Of a DNA stretch of 64,000 nt, positions 39,468 to 50,635 are shown one piece after another. Source of the DNA: an uncultured Verrucomicrobiae bacterium (GTDB taxonomy: Bacteria > Verrucomicrobiota > Verrucomicrobiia > Chthoniobacterales > Terrimicrobiaceae); assembly GCA_963706955.1 (NCBI GenBank), contig CAVPOC010000005.1, positions 96,001 to 160,000 of the forward strand, given 5' to 3'. The position numbers were made by a program, and so were the translations under genes. How positions within the stretch are numbered: position 1 is the stretch's first letter; each line of letters starts with the position of its first letter. The notes beneath the pieces were generated by a model. That model had not been told where the DNA came from. It was given only the letters and a program-made list of their open reading frames with translations, and searched no databases.

Positions 39468-41198
39468 ACGGGCTGTTGCCCAAACAGGACGAGTTCTGGC
39501 GTGAAAAATGCTTAGGGATGGAGTGAGCTATGAGTGGGTCAATGGCAGAAGCCGACCGAGCTGTGGGTCGGAACCGAAAAAGATTAGGCAGACGAATTTG
39601 GCCTTAGATCAGTTTGCTAAGAAAGAGCAATGGAGTACTCGATGCTTGTGGTTCGTTTGCCGCGAAGTGATCCTCAGGCTTTTACGGGAGCAATGGCCAC
39701 GATGTAGGTCGATCCTGAATGCTTTATCACCAGAGTCTGACGCTCCAGCGGGCTCGCTTAAAGATGTGCTGCAGCGAGCGCGCGCTCGATGCGAATTGTG
39801 CCGCTGCGCTTGAAATCATCTGCCGGCGCTTACGGTCAGAGCGGGCTTGCGAGGAATGGGATTGCTGGCTCACAGTGTATCCTGAGCCTAGCGCGCATAG
39901 CGCTTGAGGGATGCGACCAAGTTCTTATGACGCGTGCAGAACTGTCGCAGCCTGCAGCGTCGCGCAGTGTGTCCCCGCTGCGGGCCGATATTCGATAGCA
40001 GCCACGCTTGGCATCAAAGTGGTGCCTGTAAAGTCGCGGCGAATCTCTCCCGCAACTCGGGCATCGAGGTAGTAGTCCGGCTGCGAGGCTGAGTAGAGCT
40101 AAAGTGTTCTGGAGCGAGATAGATTACCATGGCTGCGCGCATTGCAGCAGTTTGCTGCGGTCAGATCGAAAGCTGCACATGCGCCACCGACCATGACTCG
40201 ACGGTGTGTCCGAAAGCAATCAGGGTAGGCCGTACTCCCTGCCGTAGCGGCTCGTCGGCTACCTGCCGACCTTGGTCTTGGCAGCGGTGACGCCGCTCAT
40301 GTCTTTCGACGGGAGCTGTCGATGAAGCTCAGCTGAGCTTCATCGACAGCTCCCGTCGTTAGTCGTGATCGCCGTCACCACTGCCAAGCCTAGGTCGTCA
40401 GGTAGCCCGATGAGTCGTTATAGGAGGGAGTACGGCCTGCCCTGACTGGTGCCGGACCACCGTCGAGTCAGGGTCGGTGGTGCATGCGCAGCTTTCGATC
40501 TGACGCGAGCCCCCGCTGCAATGCGCGGAGTCCAAGGTCTTCTATCTTGCTCCTGCTCACTCAAGCTCTACTCACCTGCGCCGAAGCCGACCACCTCGAT
40601 GACTGGTTGCGGACGCATTCGGCGACGAGAGAGGCATCACAGATACCAGCTTTGTTGCCATCGACCAGGCTCCGCATGCAACACACTGCTCGACGCTCCG
40701 GGTAAAGAGCCGCTCAAAGACTTGCAGGATCCCCAACAGTTTGCGCGCTTTGCTCAATACACTGTGAATGGGGATCTCATCCTCAAGCGCGTACGCGGGC
40801 CTAGGAACCACTAGATAAAGCCAAGCGCAGCGGCACAATCCCCGCATAGCTCGCTCTGACCGCATGCGCTGCGCACATGGTTTCGAAAGAGCAGGAACAT
40901 CAGCTTGATGCCGCCATGCATCACGGGGTCGACCGAGCCCGCTGGCGCGGATTGCTCCCGTACAAAGCATTCAGGATCACCTCATCGCGGCGCATCAAAA
41001 CCCGAGGATCATCGCCAAAAACCACGATTGCATCTATTCTTAGCGCTTAATCGGATACTGGCTAAGGCCAAATTCGTCTGCCTAAGCTTTATCGGCTTCC
41101 GACCCACAGCTCGGTCTGCTTCTGCTCAATGGCCCATCAGAGCTAACTCCATGCCTAAGATTTTGCCACAAGCTCATCCTTTTTGAGCAACAGCCCGT
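39468..41198. mobile_element. Palindromic element of two degraded, inward-reading IS1182-like transposase 5' halves
   Basis: Ends ACGGGCTGTTGC ... GCAACAGCCCGT. Fragments LGRRI, FYGSNG and LEDEIPIHSVLSKARK..VFERLFTRSVEQCV. The arms are reverse complements of each other. Confidence 0.7.
40307..40358. repeat. Perfect 52-bp palindrome with no loop
   Basis: CGACGGGAGCTGTCGATGAAGCTCAG|CTGAGCTTCATCGACAGCTCCCGTCG. Confidence 0.97.
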
Positions 41199-41278
41199 CA
41201 AGAGCTGACCCCAGGTGCTAAGTGACCCTAAATGCTAAGTGGGGTCACCCCAAGTGGGTCGATCCGTTACAGAGGAGC

Positions 41279-41698
41279 TTAGACCAGATTGATCGCTACG
41301 TCGATGTTGCCGCGAGTTGCGTTGGAATACGGGCACAACTGGTGCGCCGTTTCCACCAACGTCTGAGCGAGTTCGCGCTCCAGACCCGGCAGGCTGACGT
41401 TGAGACGGGCCGCGAGGGCGTAAGCGCCGCTGGTTGTACCCAGGTCCACTTCCGCGTCGATTGCGACGTCAGGCGAGAGAGCGACCTTCTTTTGGCCGGC
41501 GGCGAACTTTAACGCGCTGAGGAAGCAGGTCGACCAACCCGCGGCCAAGAGCTGCTCGGGATTGGTGCCAGTGCCCGCAGTGCCGGGAGGCGACACCTTA
41601 ACATCGAGTCGCCCGTCGTCGGTGCGCGAGGCTCCGCCCTCTCGGCCACCGGTGGTATGAGCTTTGGCGGTGTAGAGCACTGTTTCGAGTTTCGTCAC
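41279..41698 (-). CDS. ohr: Organic hydroperoxide resistance protein (Ohr/OsmC)
   Basis: LYTAKAHTTGGREG, TNPEQLLAAGWSTCF and HQLCPYS. Confidence 0.9.
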   Translation of the reverse strand: MTKLETVLYTAKAHTTGGREGGASRTDDGRLDVKVSPPGTAGTGTNPEQLLAAGWSTCFLSALKFAAGQKKVALSPDVAIDAEVDLGTTSGAYALAARLNVSLPGLERELAQTLVETAHQLCPYSNATRGNIDVAINLV

Positions 41699-41839
41699 GG
41701 TAAATTCCTTTCCTGGTCGAGTTTGATGTTTTTTGAAGGACTTGTCGGCTGTGCGTATTTTATGACGTTCGTTGATCTCCAAAATAACTTGAATGATGGC
41801 CGCTGTCCCGATTGGCAAACTCTGAACGCCGACGACCCT

Positions 41840-42085
41840 CGTACATGACCATTTTCGTCGCCAAAGAGTTGCACGAACAGATCTGGTGCACCGTCAGCGA
41901 CGGCGGCGTGCTCGACAGAGAGGTTTCCTCCGGGCCGTCTAGTGATGGGAAGTTTCTTATCCACTACCGGAAGCATCCCGCTCAGAAACAGCAGGGAGCC
42001 GACCTCGGAAAGCGTGACATAGGCGCCCAAGGCGCCGGGGCGATTGGGAGGTACCTAACCGAGTTCGCGCAACCGCGAAGCCAGT
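41840..42085 (-). pseudogene. RidA/YjgF family remnant
   Basis: GAYV...GSLLFLSGMLP...VADGAPDLFVQLFG..GHVR with an internal deletion. Coordinates approximate. Confidence 0.55.
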
Positions 42086-42152
42086 TTGACGGCACAATTT
42101 TCACCGGCCGGGCGCGACGCCGGGCCTCATGGATCCTTGTCGCCGCGCAGCT

Positions 42153-42638
42153 TTACCCGCGACGCGCGGCGTCGATCTTCGCGATATCAATTCTCCCCAT
42201 TTCCATCATCGCCTCGAAAGCGCGTCGGGCTTCGGCGCCGCCGGCGGCCATGGCCTCTGTCAAAGTGCGCGGGGTGATCTGCCAGGAGAGGCCCCAGCGG
42301 TCCTTGCACCAGCCACAGGCGCTTTCCTGGCCGCCGTTATCGACAACCGCGTTCCAATAACGGTCGGTTTCCTCCTGGGTGTCGGTCGCGACCTGGAACG
42401 AGAACGCTTCACTATGCGGAAAATCCGGCCCACCATTAAGGCCCAAGCAGGGAATGCCAAGGACCGTGAATTCAACCGTGAGCAGATCTCCCTCTTTGCC
42501 CGAAGGATAGTCGCTCGGCGCTTTATGAACCGCGGTCACTTCACTATCCGGAAACGTGGCGGCATAAAACCGCGCCGCCGCCTCCGCGTCCTTGTCGAAC
42601 CACAGGCAGATGGTGTTTTTGGGTATTACTTTCTTCAT
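42153..42638 (-). CDS. VOC/PhnB-like (3-demethylubiquinone-9 methyltransferase-like) protein
   Basis: CLWFDKDAEAAARFY, LNGGP and CGWCKDRWGLSWQI. Confidence 0.9.
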   Translation of the reverse strand: MKKVIPKNTICLWFDKDAEAAARFYAATFPDSEVTAVHKAPSDYPSGKEGDLLTVEFTVLGIPCLGLNGGPDFPHSEAFSFQVATDTQEETDRYWNAVVDNGGQESACGWCKDRWGLSWQITPRTLTEAMAAGGAEARRAFEAMMEMGRIDIAKIDAARRG

Positions 42639-42719
42639 GGTAAATTTAACAATTGGCTTAACTGTCTGACGAACAAGCCATCGTTTTCAGGACACCAAAA
42701 TTTTCCGGACTCACGGCAT

Positions 42720-43105
42720 GCGCATGGACGGCCTAAACGATTCGGCGATCAAACGTTAAACATTTCCACCATGCAGCAGGATTCGACCGTTCCGATTAGC
42801 CCAAACGCGAGCAACTGCCCTGCATTGTTAAGGAGCAGCGTGATCGGTCCTAGCTGCTGTTCTACCTTGGTCACAATTTCCGCGGCAGCCACCGGATCGG
42901 TCGCATCGTCTGGAATAGCAACGATCTGATCTGCCGCAGAGGTGAGTTGCGCCGCAGTGTCGTCTCGCTCAGACGCCGAGCAGGCTGTAATTGCGACGCA
43001 CCAGCCGGTGGCAAGCGAGGCCTGAGCAAAGGCTCGACCTAATCAGCGGCCGCCACCCGTAACTAAGGCTCAAATCCATCAAGCCACCTACTAGGGCTTT
43101 GCATT
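42720..43105 (-). pseudogene. SDR oxidoreductase remnant
   Basis: Manual translation ALVTGGGR*LGRAFAQ...DATDP...LGPITLLLNNAG with an internal stop. Coordinates approximate. Confidence 0.65.
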
Positions 43106-43514
43106 GCATCTAAACGTGGCGTGCCGAAGCGAGCGCCATGGCGTCTAAGGAATCCCAAAGCGGGGTTTGCACCGAATCGATCCGCAAACGAGAAAGCTGT
43201 CCGTAGTGCCAAGCGGAAAATGGCACCGGGAATTTGTGTCACTAACTAACTCCGTTTTCTAACTGGCGCAGCCGAAGGCCTCGGACCCGATTTGCTTCCT
43301 TTCCACGTTACATTGCTACTAAGTCAGACGGAACAGACTTTGCCGATCCCGATGGTCCTGCTCCGCGCCTAACTTATACTGACGAAAAAAATCAAAGCTC
43401 CATCCGGTGGGGTGGAGCGTAATCTTCGTTTATAAAGCGTCTCCATCAATTGGGAGCGCATGTATTTCACCAACCACACACAACGAATTTTTATAATTTC
43501 GAGAGGAGTCGATC

Positions 43515-44504
43515 ATGAGAACGAAAATGAGACTGATCGTCGCACCGGTCGCGCTGATCTTTGGAATCGAAGCGATGGTGCTCACAAGCGAGGCGCAAAC
43601 GAGCAGCCGGGCGCGAGACCGTGATAGTGATAAACGCCGATGCGGACGAGTGTTCGCAATTAACCCAAAAAACGAGTTGTTGCGGCTCGATGCTAAGGCG
43701 CAAACGCGGGGCAGGGGCGATGACGATGATGATCATGAGAGAGTAAGGATCAAGTCGCGCCTGCCCATTTACGGCCTCACTCTAGGCGAGATCCTGGTTG
43801 GCATCGACTTCCGTCCAGCCACCGGTCAGCTTTACGGCCTGGGCACCCCCGGCGGCGGGCCCGGCTCGGCGCAACTTTACATCATCGACACTGAGACGGC
43901 GATCGCGACGCGTGTCGGTGGGCCCAACGCGGTGCTGGGCGGCACTTCATTTGGCTTCGACTTCAATCCAGTTCCCGACCGCATCCGGGTCGTCTCTAAC
44001 GCCGGCGAGAACCTTCGGCTGAACCCGGATAACGGTGCGATTGCGGGTATGGACGTGAATCTCGCATACGCGCTCGGTGACCCGAATGTGAACGGCCTAC
44101 CCAGTGTCGTCGGCGTCGCCTATACGAACCCCGACAACGACCTGCAAACGAACACCGTGCTTTACGACATCGACTCAGGGCGCGATACCGATCCCGCCCC
44201 TGGCGGCGGCGACGTCCTAGCCATCCAGGTCCCCCCTAACGGTGGACAGTTGAACACCGTCGGTCGGCTAGGCATCAATACGGACGACATCGTCGGTTTT
44301 GACATCAGCCACCGGAACGTGGCGTTGGCGGCGCTGCAGGAGGGCCAGAGCTCCTCGAGGCTTGTCAGCATCGACCTGATATCAGGCCGGGCAACGGACC
44401 GAGGCCGAGTTGGCGAATTACTCACCGGCCTCGCCATCGAACTCGGCCCGCAGTGTGATGCTAGCAACAGCGACCGTGGGGATAATGATGACAGCGACCG
44501 ATAG
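43515..44504 (+). CDS. Secreted DUF4394-like protein
   Basis: GIDFRPATGQLYGL, GFDFNPVPDRIRVVS and VAYTN. Confidence 0.82.
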   Translation: MRTKMRLIVAPVALIFGIEAMVLTSEAQTSSRARDRDSDKRRCGRVFAINPKNELLRLDAKAQTRGRGDDDDDHERVRIKSRLPIYGLTLGEILVGIDFRPATGQLYGLGTPGGGPGSAQLYIIDTETAIATRVGGPNAVLGGTSFGFDFNPVPDRIRVVSNAGENLRLNPDNGAIAGMDVNLAYALGDPNVNGLPSVVGVAYTNPDNDLQTNTVLYDIDSGRDTDPAPGGGDVLAIQVPPNGGQLNTVGRLGINTDDIVGFDISHRNVALAALQEGQSSSRLVSIDLISGRATDRGRVGELLTGLAIELGPQCDASNSDRGDNDDSDR

Positions 44505-44644
44505 GTCCGCCGGGGTGGTTAGGGGCACCATGTGGAGGTGAGCCCCTCGACTAGGGTTCATTGAATCGCATGCCATCTAACAACGGCGCAAGTACCCGCC
44601 CGCGAATCAGCGTATCTCTTATCGAAGACTCTTCTATGTATACC

Positions 44645-45030
44645 TTACGCGACATCGGCCGAAAGGCAGAAACGGCGGACCTCGCTATTGAACACATCGG
44701 GTTGCTCCATGTTGCTCACGTGCCCAGCGTTCGAGATGATGGCAAGCTGCGCATTGGGGATCGACGCATGGAGCTGCCGCGCGATGTGCAAGGGACTGCG
44801 ACGGTCATCATCGCCCTTCAGCACCAGTGTAGCCACGTCGATGTTCGGTAGCAGATCTGTCGTATCGACCTCGGCGGACGACAACGACATGGCTGAATCG
44901 CTCGGCATGCGAACGATAAAACTCCTGCGCCAGCCGCCCCAAGACAAGCCGAGGATGTGCGCCCGCTCAATCCCGATAACGTCCAGAAACCCTGCTAGAG
45001 ATTGAGAATAGCTCGCGGTGGTGAACGGGT
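44645..45030 (-). pseudogene. Alpha/beta hydrolase fragment
   Basis: HILGLSWGG...AGHVSNMEQP, with the N-terminus and centre missing. Confidence 0.6.
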
Positions 45031-45058
45031 TAGGCGGGTCTGAGGATAAACCCGCGAC

Positions 45059-45319
45059 ATGTTCGCGATCTACGATGCAAATGGCGACGGGTACATCACC
45101 GAGGCGGAGTTTGTCGCCGACGGCGGCACGCCGAGCATGTTCCGTGAGTTGAATGTCAGCGGCACCGACAAGCTCACGAAGGACGAGGCGATGAAGAGCG
45201 CGTTCATTCGCAATCGGGTCGCGGCGCCATTCGACGAGGCCGACGTGAATCATAACGGCTACGTGACCTGGGAGGAATTCCAAGTCGCGCTCGCCAAGCG
45301 GCGCGCCTACGTGCGTTAG
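45059..45319 (+). CDS. EF-hand protein (possibly a fragment)
   Basis: DANGDGYITEAE and DVNHNGYVTWEE loops. Confidence 0.6.
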   Translation: MFAIYDANGDGYITEAEFVADGGTPSMFRELNVSGTDKLTKDEAMKSAFIRNRVAAPFDEADVNHNGYVTWEEFQVALAKRRAYVR

Positions 45320-45324
45320 AGCCT

Positions 45325-45700
45325 GAGTTCGCGGAAACCTCGCACGGCGGCGACTTCAACTTCGACTTCAACGTCTCGATCACCGAAGAACAACAACACG
45401 AGGGAAGCATCGAATACAACTACGAGCGCGGCAGTCCCGCGCTGGACGCGACAGAGATCCCGCTGCCCGACGCGCAAAACGCGGCCATGACTGGAACCGA
45501 CCCGCCACCTACTCGCGCGAGAGGCCGGGCATGAGCGCGTTCGCGCTCGAGGACGGCGTTGTCTACCACACCTATTCCACCTACGCGCGCGGACTGGACA
45601 GCCTCTGGGGCATGTACCAGTGGCTCAACCGTGCCCCGAAGGGACGCAACGGACGCAACGAGCCGGGCCTCAGCGTTTGGTGGCTCCGCCACGACGGACG
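45325..45700 (+). pseudogene. DUF899 family C-terminal remnant
   Basis: DFNFDFNVS...GSIEYNY / GMSAFALEDGVVYHTYSTYARGLDSLWGMYQWL. Confidence 0.65.
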
Positions 45701-45920
45701 ACAGCGCTCGTGGCAAAGAACGCTAAGTTCTCGCCAAAGGGAGACATCTCTACGAGGTAGGAGCGTCAGGATCGGGGCGCGCGCGCGTCTCGCGCGTCCT
45801 CGCCGCCGAAACGCCGCGGCAGCGATGAGGGCATCGCCGCTACAAAAACCCTTCTGCTCCATCAACCACCTGTCCGCCGTAGCTCGCGGAGCGTAGGAGG
45901 ATCAACCAACACCCGAGCTG

Positions 45921-46109
45921 TTACCTCGATGACGGCCCTTCATAGCCAATGTGGCCAATGCGACCCTGATCGCGCACTACTTGTTGCTGGCGTTGCAGCT
46001 GTGCTTGCCATATCCGTTCGCTGCCCGCGGATTGAGGTGCGCTGCTGCTCGCGCATCCGAGAACTAGTAAAGATATCGCAAGCGTGGACCCAGTAAACCG
46101 AAGCCTCAT
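45921..46109 (-). CDS. Small lipoprotein (62 aa), paralogue of 54771-54949
   Basis: MRLRFTGSTLAISLLVLGC lipobox; C-terminal GRIGHIGYEGP. Confidence 0.65.
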   Translation of the reverse strand: MRLRFTGSTLAISLLVLGCASSSAPQSAGSERIWQAQLQRQQQVVRDQGRIGHIGYEGPSSR

Positions 46110-46320
46110 TCGAGACCATACTGCACTAACCATAACGCCGAAACCAAAAACCAATCGCCTTTGGGAGTCCGGTTTTGCACCCAGTGAAGATTGTGCCCGG
46201 CGAGGGCGCCGGGCACCACACCCGAGACGGGCGTGCTCCCCGAACCAAGGCAAGAGCAGGTCAGAAGCGTCGACCAGAAGCACGTTGCGAGCCGTTCAGA
46301 GAGTGCTTTAATGAAGGAGC

Positions 46321-47925
46321 ATGCCCCCCCTTGATGTGACCGGTTCAAACGGACCGGAGACCGATCGTGAGGTCATCCTGGAGATGAGCCGGATTACCAA
46401 GAAGTTTGGCTCGACTCAGGTCTTGACCGAAGTGGACTTCGCTCTGCGAAGGGGCGAGATCCATGCTTTGATGGGCGAGAACGGCGCAGGTAAGTCGACC
46501 TTGATGAAGATCGCGGCCGGGCTAATCGACGATTTTGAGGGCGAGATTGCGGTCGATGGCAGCCCCGTGCACCTGAACTCTCCGCGGGCGGCGACGCGGG
46601 CGGGCATCGCGATGATTCAACAGGAACTGAGCTTGGTGCCGGAGCTAGCCGTGGACGAGAACATCTTTCTCGGCCAGGAGAAACGAGGTGGCCTATTTTT
46701 TTTGGTAGATCGGCACCGCCAGATCGAAGCGACGCGGGCGGTTCTCGCGCCGTTGGATTTCCAGGCGCGTATCGATCAGCCGGTGACCCGGCTGCGCGTC
46801 GGTGAACAGCAATTGGTCGAGATCGGCAAAGCGCTCGTATCGAAAGCCCGGATCTTGATAATGGACGAACCGACCTCGGCATTATCGATTCACGAGACGG
46901 AGCGTTTATTTGCGGTAATCCGACGGCTCTCCGGCGAGGGTGTTGCCATCGCTTACATTTCTCACCGCATGGAAGAGGTCTTCGCCCTGGCCCATCGGGT
47001 TACTGTTCTCCGCGATGGACGCTTGATCGGCACGTTGGCCGCCCGGGAAGCTAACCGACGGGAAGTGATCCGCATGATGGTGGGCCGCGAACTGCAGGAG
47101 GTTCTCGCCTCCGGCAAAGCCGACGCGTCTACTCGGCAACCGGTTCTCCAAGTTCGCAACCTCCGGCTGGAGCACCCAGCCCCGACCCCGAGCCGGCCGA
47201 TGCTAGTCGATCGGGTTTCGTTCTCCGTCGCAGCTGGCGAAGTGCTCGGATTAGCCGGATTGCTCGGGGCCGGGCGAACGGAAACCTTGGAAGTGCTTTT
47301 CGGCCTCCATCCGGAATTCGCCGACGGCGAAATCTTCGTCAATGGCCGGCGAGTGTCGGTGCGAAATCCGATCGAAGCCAAGCAGCACGGGATTGCATTA
47401 GTGACCGAGGACCGCAAGCGTGACGGTCTGATCCTTGGCGCCGGCATCGATCGAAATGCCGAGCTGACGGTGATGCGTTCGGTGTCGCGTTTCGGAATCG
47501 TCTCCCGACGCGACGAGCGCGAGGTTGCCCTGCGGACCATCCAGCAACTCGGCATTCACGCTAGAGGCCCAGAGCAGGTCGCCGGCACGCTCAGCGGTGG
47601 TAACCAACAGAAGCTGGTTATCGGAAAATGGCTTCAGGCTGCTCCAAGAATTCTGCTTCTTGACGAGCCAACCCGCGGGATCGATGTGGGCGCTAAGGCA
47701 GACGTTTATCGCCTGATCCAACAACTCGCCGAGGAGGGCCTGGCGATCGTGCTCGTATCGTCGGAATTGCCCGAGCTAATCCTGTTGAGCGACCATATCC
47801 TTGTCTTGCGAGAAGGTCTCCCAACGGCACGGTTGAATCGATCGGATTTTCTCCATGAGACCATTCTGGAATACGCTTCGCCCGGCGGGCCGGTCCAACC
47901 CGAATTTGCGGAGGTAGCCGCATGA
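46321..47925 (+). CDS. Sugar ABC transporter ATP-binding protein (RbsA-like)
   Basis: GENGAGKS, DEPT, LSGGNQQK and DEPTRGIDVGAK. Confidence 0.95.
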   Translation: MPPLDVTGSNGPETDREVILEMSRITKKFGSTQVLTEVDFALRRGEIHALMGENGAGKSTLMKIAAGLIDDFEGEIAVDGSPVHLNSPRAATRAGIAMIQQELSLVPELAVDENIFLGQEKRGGLFFLVDRHRQIEATRAVLAPLDFQARIDQPVTRLRVGEQQLVEIGKALVSKARILIMDEPTSALSIHETERLFAVIRRLSGEGVAIAYISHRMEEVFALAHRVTVLRDGRLIGTLAAREANRREVIRMMVGRELQEVLASGKADASTRQPVLQVRNLRLEHPAPTPSRPMLVDRVSFSVAAGEVLGLAGLLGAGRTETLEVLFGLHPEFADGEIFVNGRRVSVRNPIEAKQHGIALVTEDRKRDGLILGAGIDRNAELTVMRSVSRFGIVSRRDEREVALRTIQQLGIHARGPEQVAGTLSGGNQQKLVIGKWLQAAPRILLLDEPTRGIDVGAKADVYRLIQQLAEEGLAIVLVSSELPELILLSDHILVLREGLPTARLNRSDFLHETILEYASPGGPVQPEFAEVAA

Positions 47926-49207
47926 ACACGATGGTCGGGCGCATCTTCAAGTTTATTTTGACGACCAAGCTTTTCTGGGGTCTGGCTGTCCTTTACGCGA
48001 CCGGGGTGATCCTGTCGCCGGTAAACAATAAAGGAATTAACATCTTCCTGAGTCCGGGTAACCAAGCCGATGTGCTGCGACAGGTTTCCAACAACGGCAT
48101 CATCGCTGTCGGGATGACACTGGTGATTCTCACCGGTGGAATCGATCTTTCGGTCGGCTCAATGATGGCGCTTGGGTTCAGTTATTTGCGCCATGCTTCT
48201 GACTCAGCAGGGATGGACGAACGCATCGTTGTTTTCCATTCCGATCCTGGCCGTGATGTGCGTCCTGCTGTGTCTATACTTGATCCCTATGGTTGCGATG
48301 AATATGCCCGGCGCGGCGCATCGCAGCAGCGAAAAACCGCCCACCAAGATCGTCGCTGCGGGGGCTGTGGTGGGTATTATTCTGGCCGCTCTCGCGGTTG
48401 CCTGGACGATCGGACAGCTCGAGCCGAAATTTGGTGTTCTCGGCGTGCTCATTACCGTGCCGGCTGTGGGGTTTGCGCTAGGTGCCTTGAACGGCGTCAT
48501 CATCGCCAAGGGCCGCCTCCAACCGTTCATCGTCACCCTCGCGATGATGGTTGCGATTTTGGGACTGGCGCGATTGCTGGCCGGCCAGGATGCGGCGGTT
48601 TATCCCGTCTATACGGGTTCGAATGCGACCGAAGACTTTGACGTGTTGCGGGCGCTGGTCTTTAACGTTGTGCCTGTCCCTGGGATTTTCTTTCTGCTGG
48701 CCGTTTTCCTCTTCGGCTTTGTTTTAAAGGTAAGTACTTTCGGCCGGTACGTCTATGCCATTGGAGGCAACGAACAAGCAGCGCGACTCGCCGGTATCCA
48801 GGTCGATCATGTCAAGATCGCCGTCTACGCGATCTCCGGGAATGCTGGCAGCTTTGGCCGGTGTTCTCTACACCGCACAGTACCGCCAGGGAAAGCCAGA
48901 CGCCGGCGTCGGAGCAGAGCTGGATGCCATCGCAGCCGTGGTGATTGGCGGGACTAACCTCATGGGCGGCAGAGGATCCATGACTGGCACGCTCGTCGGC
49001 GTGCTGATCTTCGGCTTTCTGGGCAACATTCTGCTGCTTAAAAATATTGACAGCAACACGCAGCTGGTCCTCAAAGGGCTGATCATCCTTGGAGCCGTGC
49101 TGCTTCAGGAAGGGCAGATGGCTGGTTGGCTGAGACGAATTCGACCACGCGTCGACAAGACGCCCGAGAAAAAGCCCGCTGTGGAAGCAGTCGGGACTCA
49201 ACGATGA
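47922..49207 (+). CDS. Sugar ABC transporter permease (frameshifts near 48172 and 48840)
   Basis: GGIDLSVGS, PFIVTL, GRYVYAIGGNE and ELDAIAAVVIGG, spread over three frames. Confidence 0.85.
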
Positions 49208-49402
49208 AAACGGATATGCAAGACAGATTCTCCCAAGGCCGGAGACGGCTATCACGGCTCCGGCGACTTCAGGCAGCGGAACGCCTCCGCTCCGCGACAG
49301 GCTCGCAAAACTCAACCCCAGCATTTACGACTCTAGAATTATCCTGTCACATGGCAGCGATGAGATAAACAAGAACAAAACCCCATAACAACAAAACCCC
49401 CT

Positions 49403-50368
49403 ATGCAAAGAAGAACATTCCTAAAGATAAGCGCAGCCGTGGCTGCGATGAGTGCGGTCTTTAAACCGTCGGATGGGCTAGCCGAGGATAAGAAATATAA
49501 ATTCGGTTTCTCGCAGGTCACAATCGTTGAACCCTGGCGCGTTCAATTCAACAAGGACATGAAGAAGGAGGCGGAAAAGCACTCGAACCTGGAACTGATC
49601 ATTACCGATGGACAGGACAAGACCGAGAAACAGGTCGCCGATATCGAGAACCTGATCCGTCAGGGCGTCGATGTCTTGATAATCAGCCCGAAAGAATCGG
49701 CCGGACTCACCGGAGTCACCCTCAAAGCAATTGAGGCCGGAATTCCGACGATCATTCTGGATCGTAATGTTGACACGGACAAGTACACGCAGTTCATCGG
49801 CGGCGATAATGTAGCGATAGGCCGCGCCGCCGGCGAGTATACCGTCAAGTTGCTCGGCGGTCCGGGCAATGCCAAAGGTAACGTCATTGAGCTCTGGGGC
49901 GGGATGGGCACGCAGCCAGCCCACGATCGCAGCAAGGGGTTCCACGAATTTATCGACAAGGAACCCGGCATCAAATCGCTGCTCCAGCCGATCGATACCG
50001 ATTGGAAGCAGTCGAAAGGATATGACGTGATGTCCACGGCGCTGAAATCGTTCGACAAGATCGATGTCGTCTACGGGCACAATGATCCGGTCGCCTATGG
50101 AGCCTACCTCGCGGCGAAGGATGCCGGACGGGAAAAGGAAATTAAGTTCCTCGGCATCGATGCTCTGCCTGGGGAAGGTGTCACCTGGGTCAACAAGGGA
50201 CAGCTGACGGCAACCTTCCTCTATCCGACACCTGGAGCGGAAGGTGTCCGCCAAGGGTTGAAGATCGTCAACGGCGACAAGGTCGAGAAGAAGATTATCC
50301 TGCCGACAATGACGATCGACAAATCGAACGCGGCGCAGATTCTCAAGGAGCAGGGTTTGCCAGAATAA
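49403..50368 (+). CDS. Sugar ABC transporter substrate-binding protein (Tat-like leader)
   Basis: QRRTFLK leader; RbsB-like IGGDNVAIG and HND motifs. Confidence 0.92.
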   Translation: MQRRTFLKISAAVAAMSAVFKPSDGLAEDKKYKFGFSQVTIVEPWRVQFNKDMKKEAEKHSNLELIITDGQDKTEKQVADIENLIRQGVDVLIISPKESAGLTGVTLKAIEAGIPTIILDRNVDTDKYTQFIGGDNVAIGRAAGEYTVKLLGGPGNAKGNVIELWGGMGTQPAHDRSKGFHEFIDKEPGIKSLLQPIDTDWKQSKGYDVMSTALKSFDKIDVVYGHNDPVAYGAYLAAKDAGREKEIKFLGIDALPGEGVTWVNKGQLTATFLYPTPGAEGVRQGLKIVNGDKVEKKIILPTMTIDKSNAAQILKEQGLPE

Positions 50369-50635
50369 TCTTAGCTTAAATCGACGCGCGGTCGGGTGTG
50401 TCCACATGCAGGAGTTCCAGCTAGCTCCGGCAGGGGGCGGTCACGTGGCCAAGCTTAGCGGCTCGGGGACCGCGTTGCGGTTCCTGGGCCGTTGGCAGGC
50501 TTGTTGCGAAGGCGATGCTCTCCTTCGTTCAAGCGAGCGGGCCACGCCGGTTTCTTCCCGTGGTTGCAGATGTGGAGCTCGTCACAAATATGCGCTGGCC
50601 AAATCGAGCTCGTAGGACCGATATCTACTTAAAAT

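Noticed and set aside
40307..40358. Protelomerase target site (telRL-like) or a terminator
   Set aside because: No protelomerase or phage genes are present and there is no loop or U-tract. The palindrome is the centre of the larger transposase-derived inverted repeat.
39508..41186. Short ORFs inside the inverted repeat as real genes
   Set aside because: They are fragments or shadows of the degraded transposase arms.
41205..41260. Short TGACCC/TGCTAAGTG repeats beside the element end
   Set aside because: They are too short and too few to call REP or att sites.
49478..50407. Long antisense ORFs (also 4066-4794, 30677-31483, 57388-58275)
   Set aside because: They overlap well-supported genes on the other strand, as expected in GC-rich DNA.
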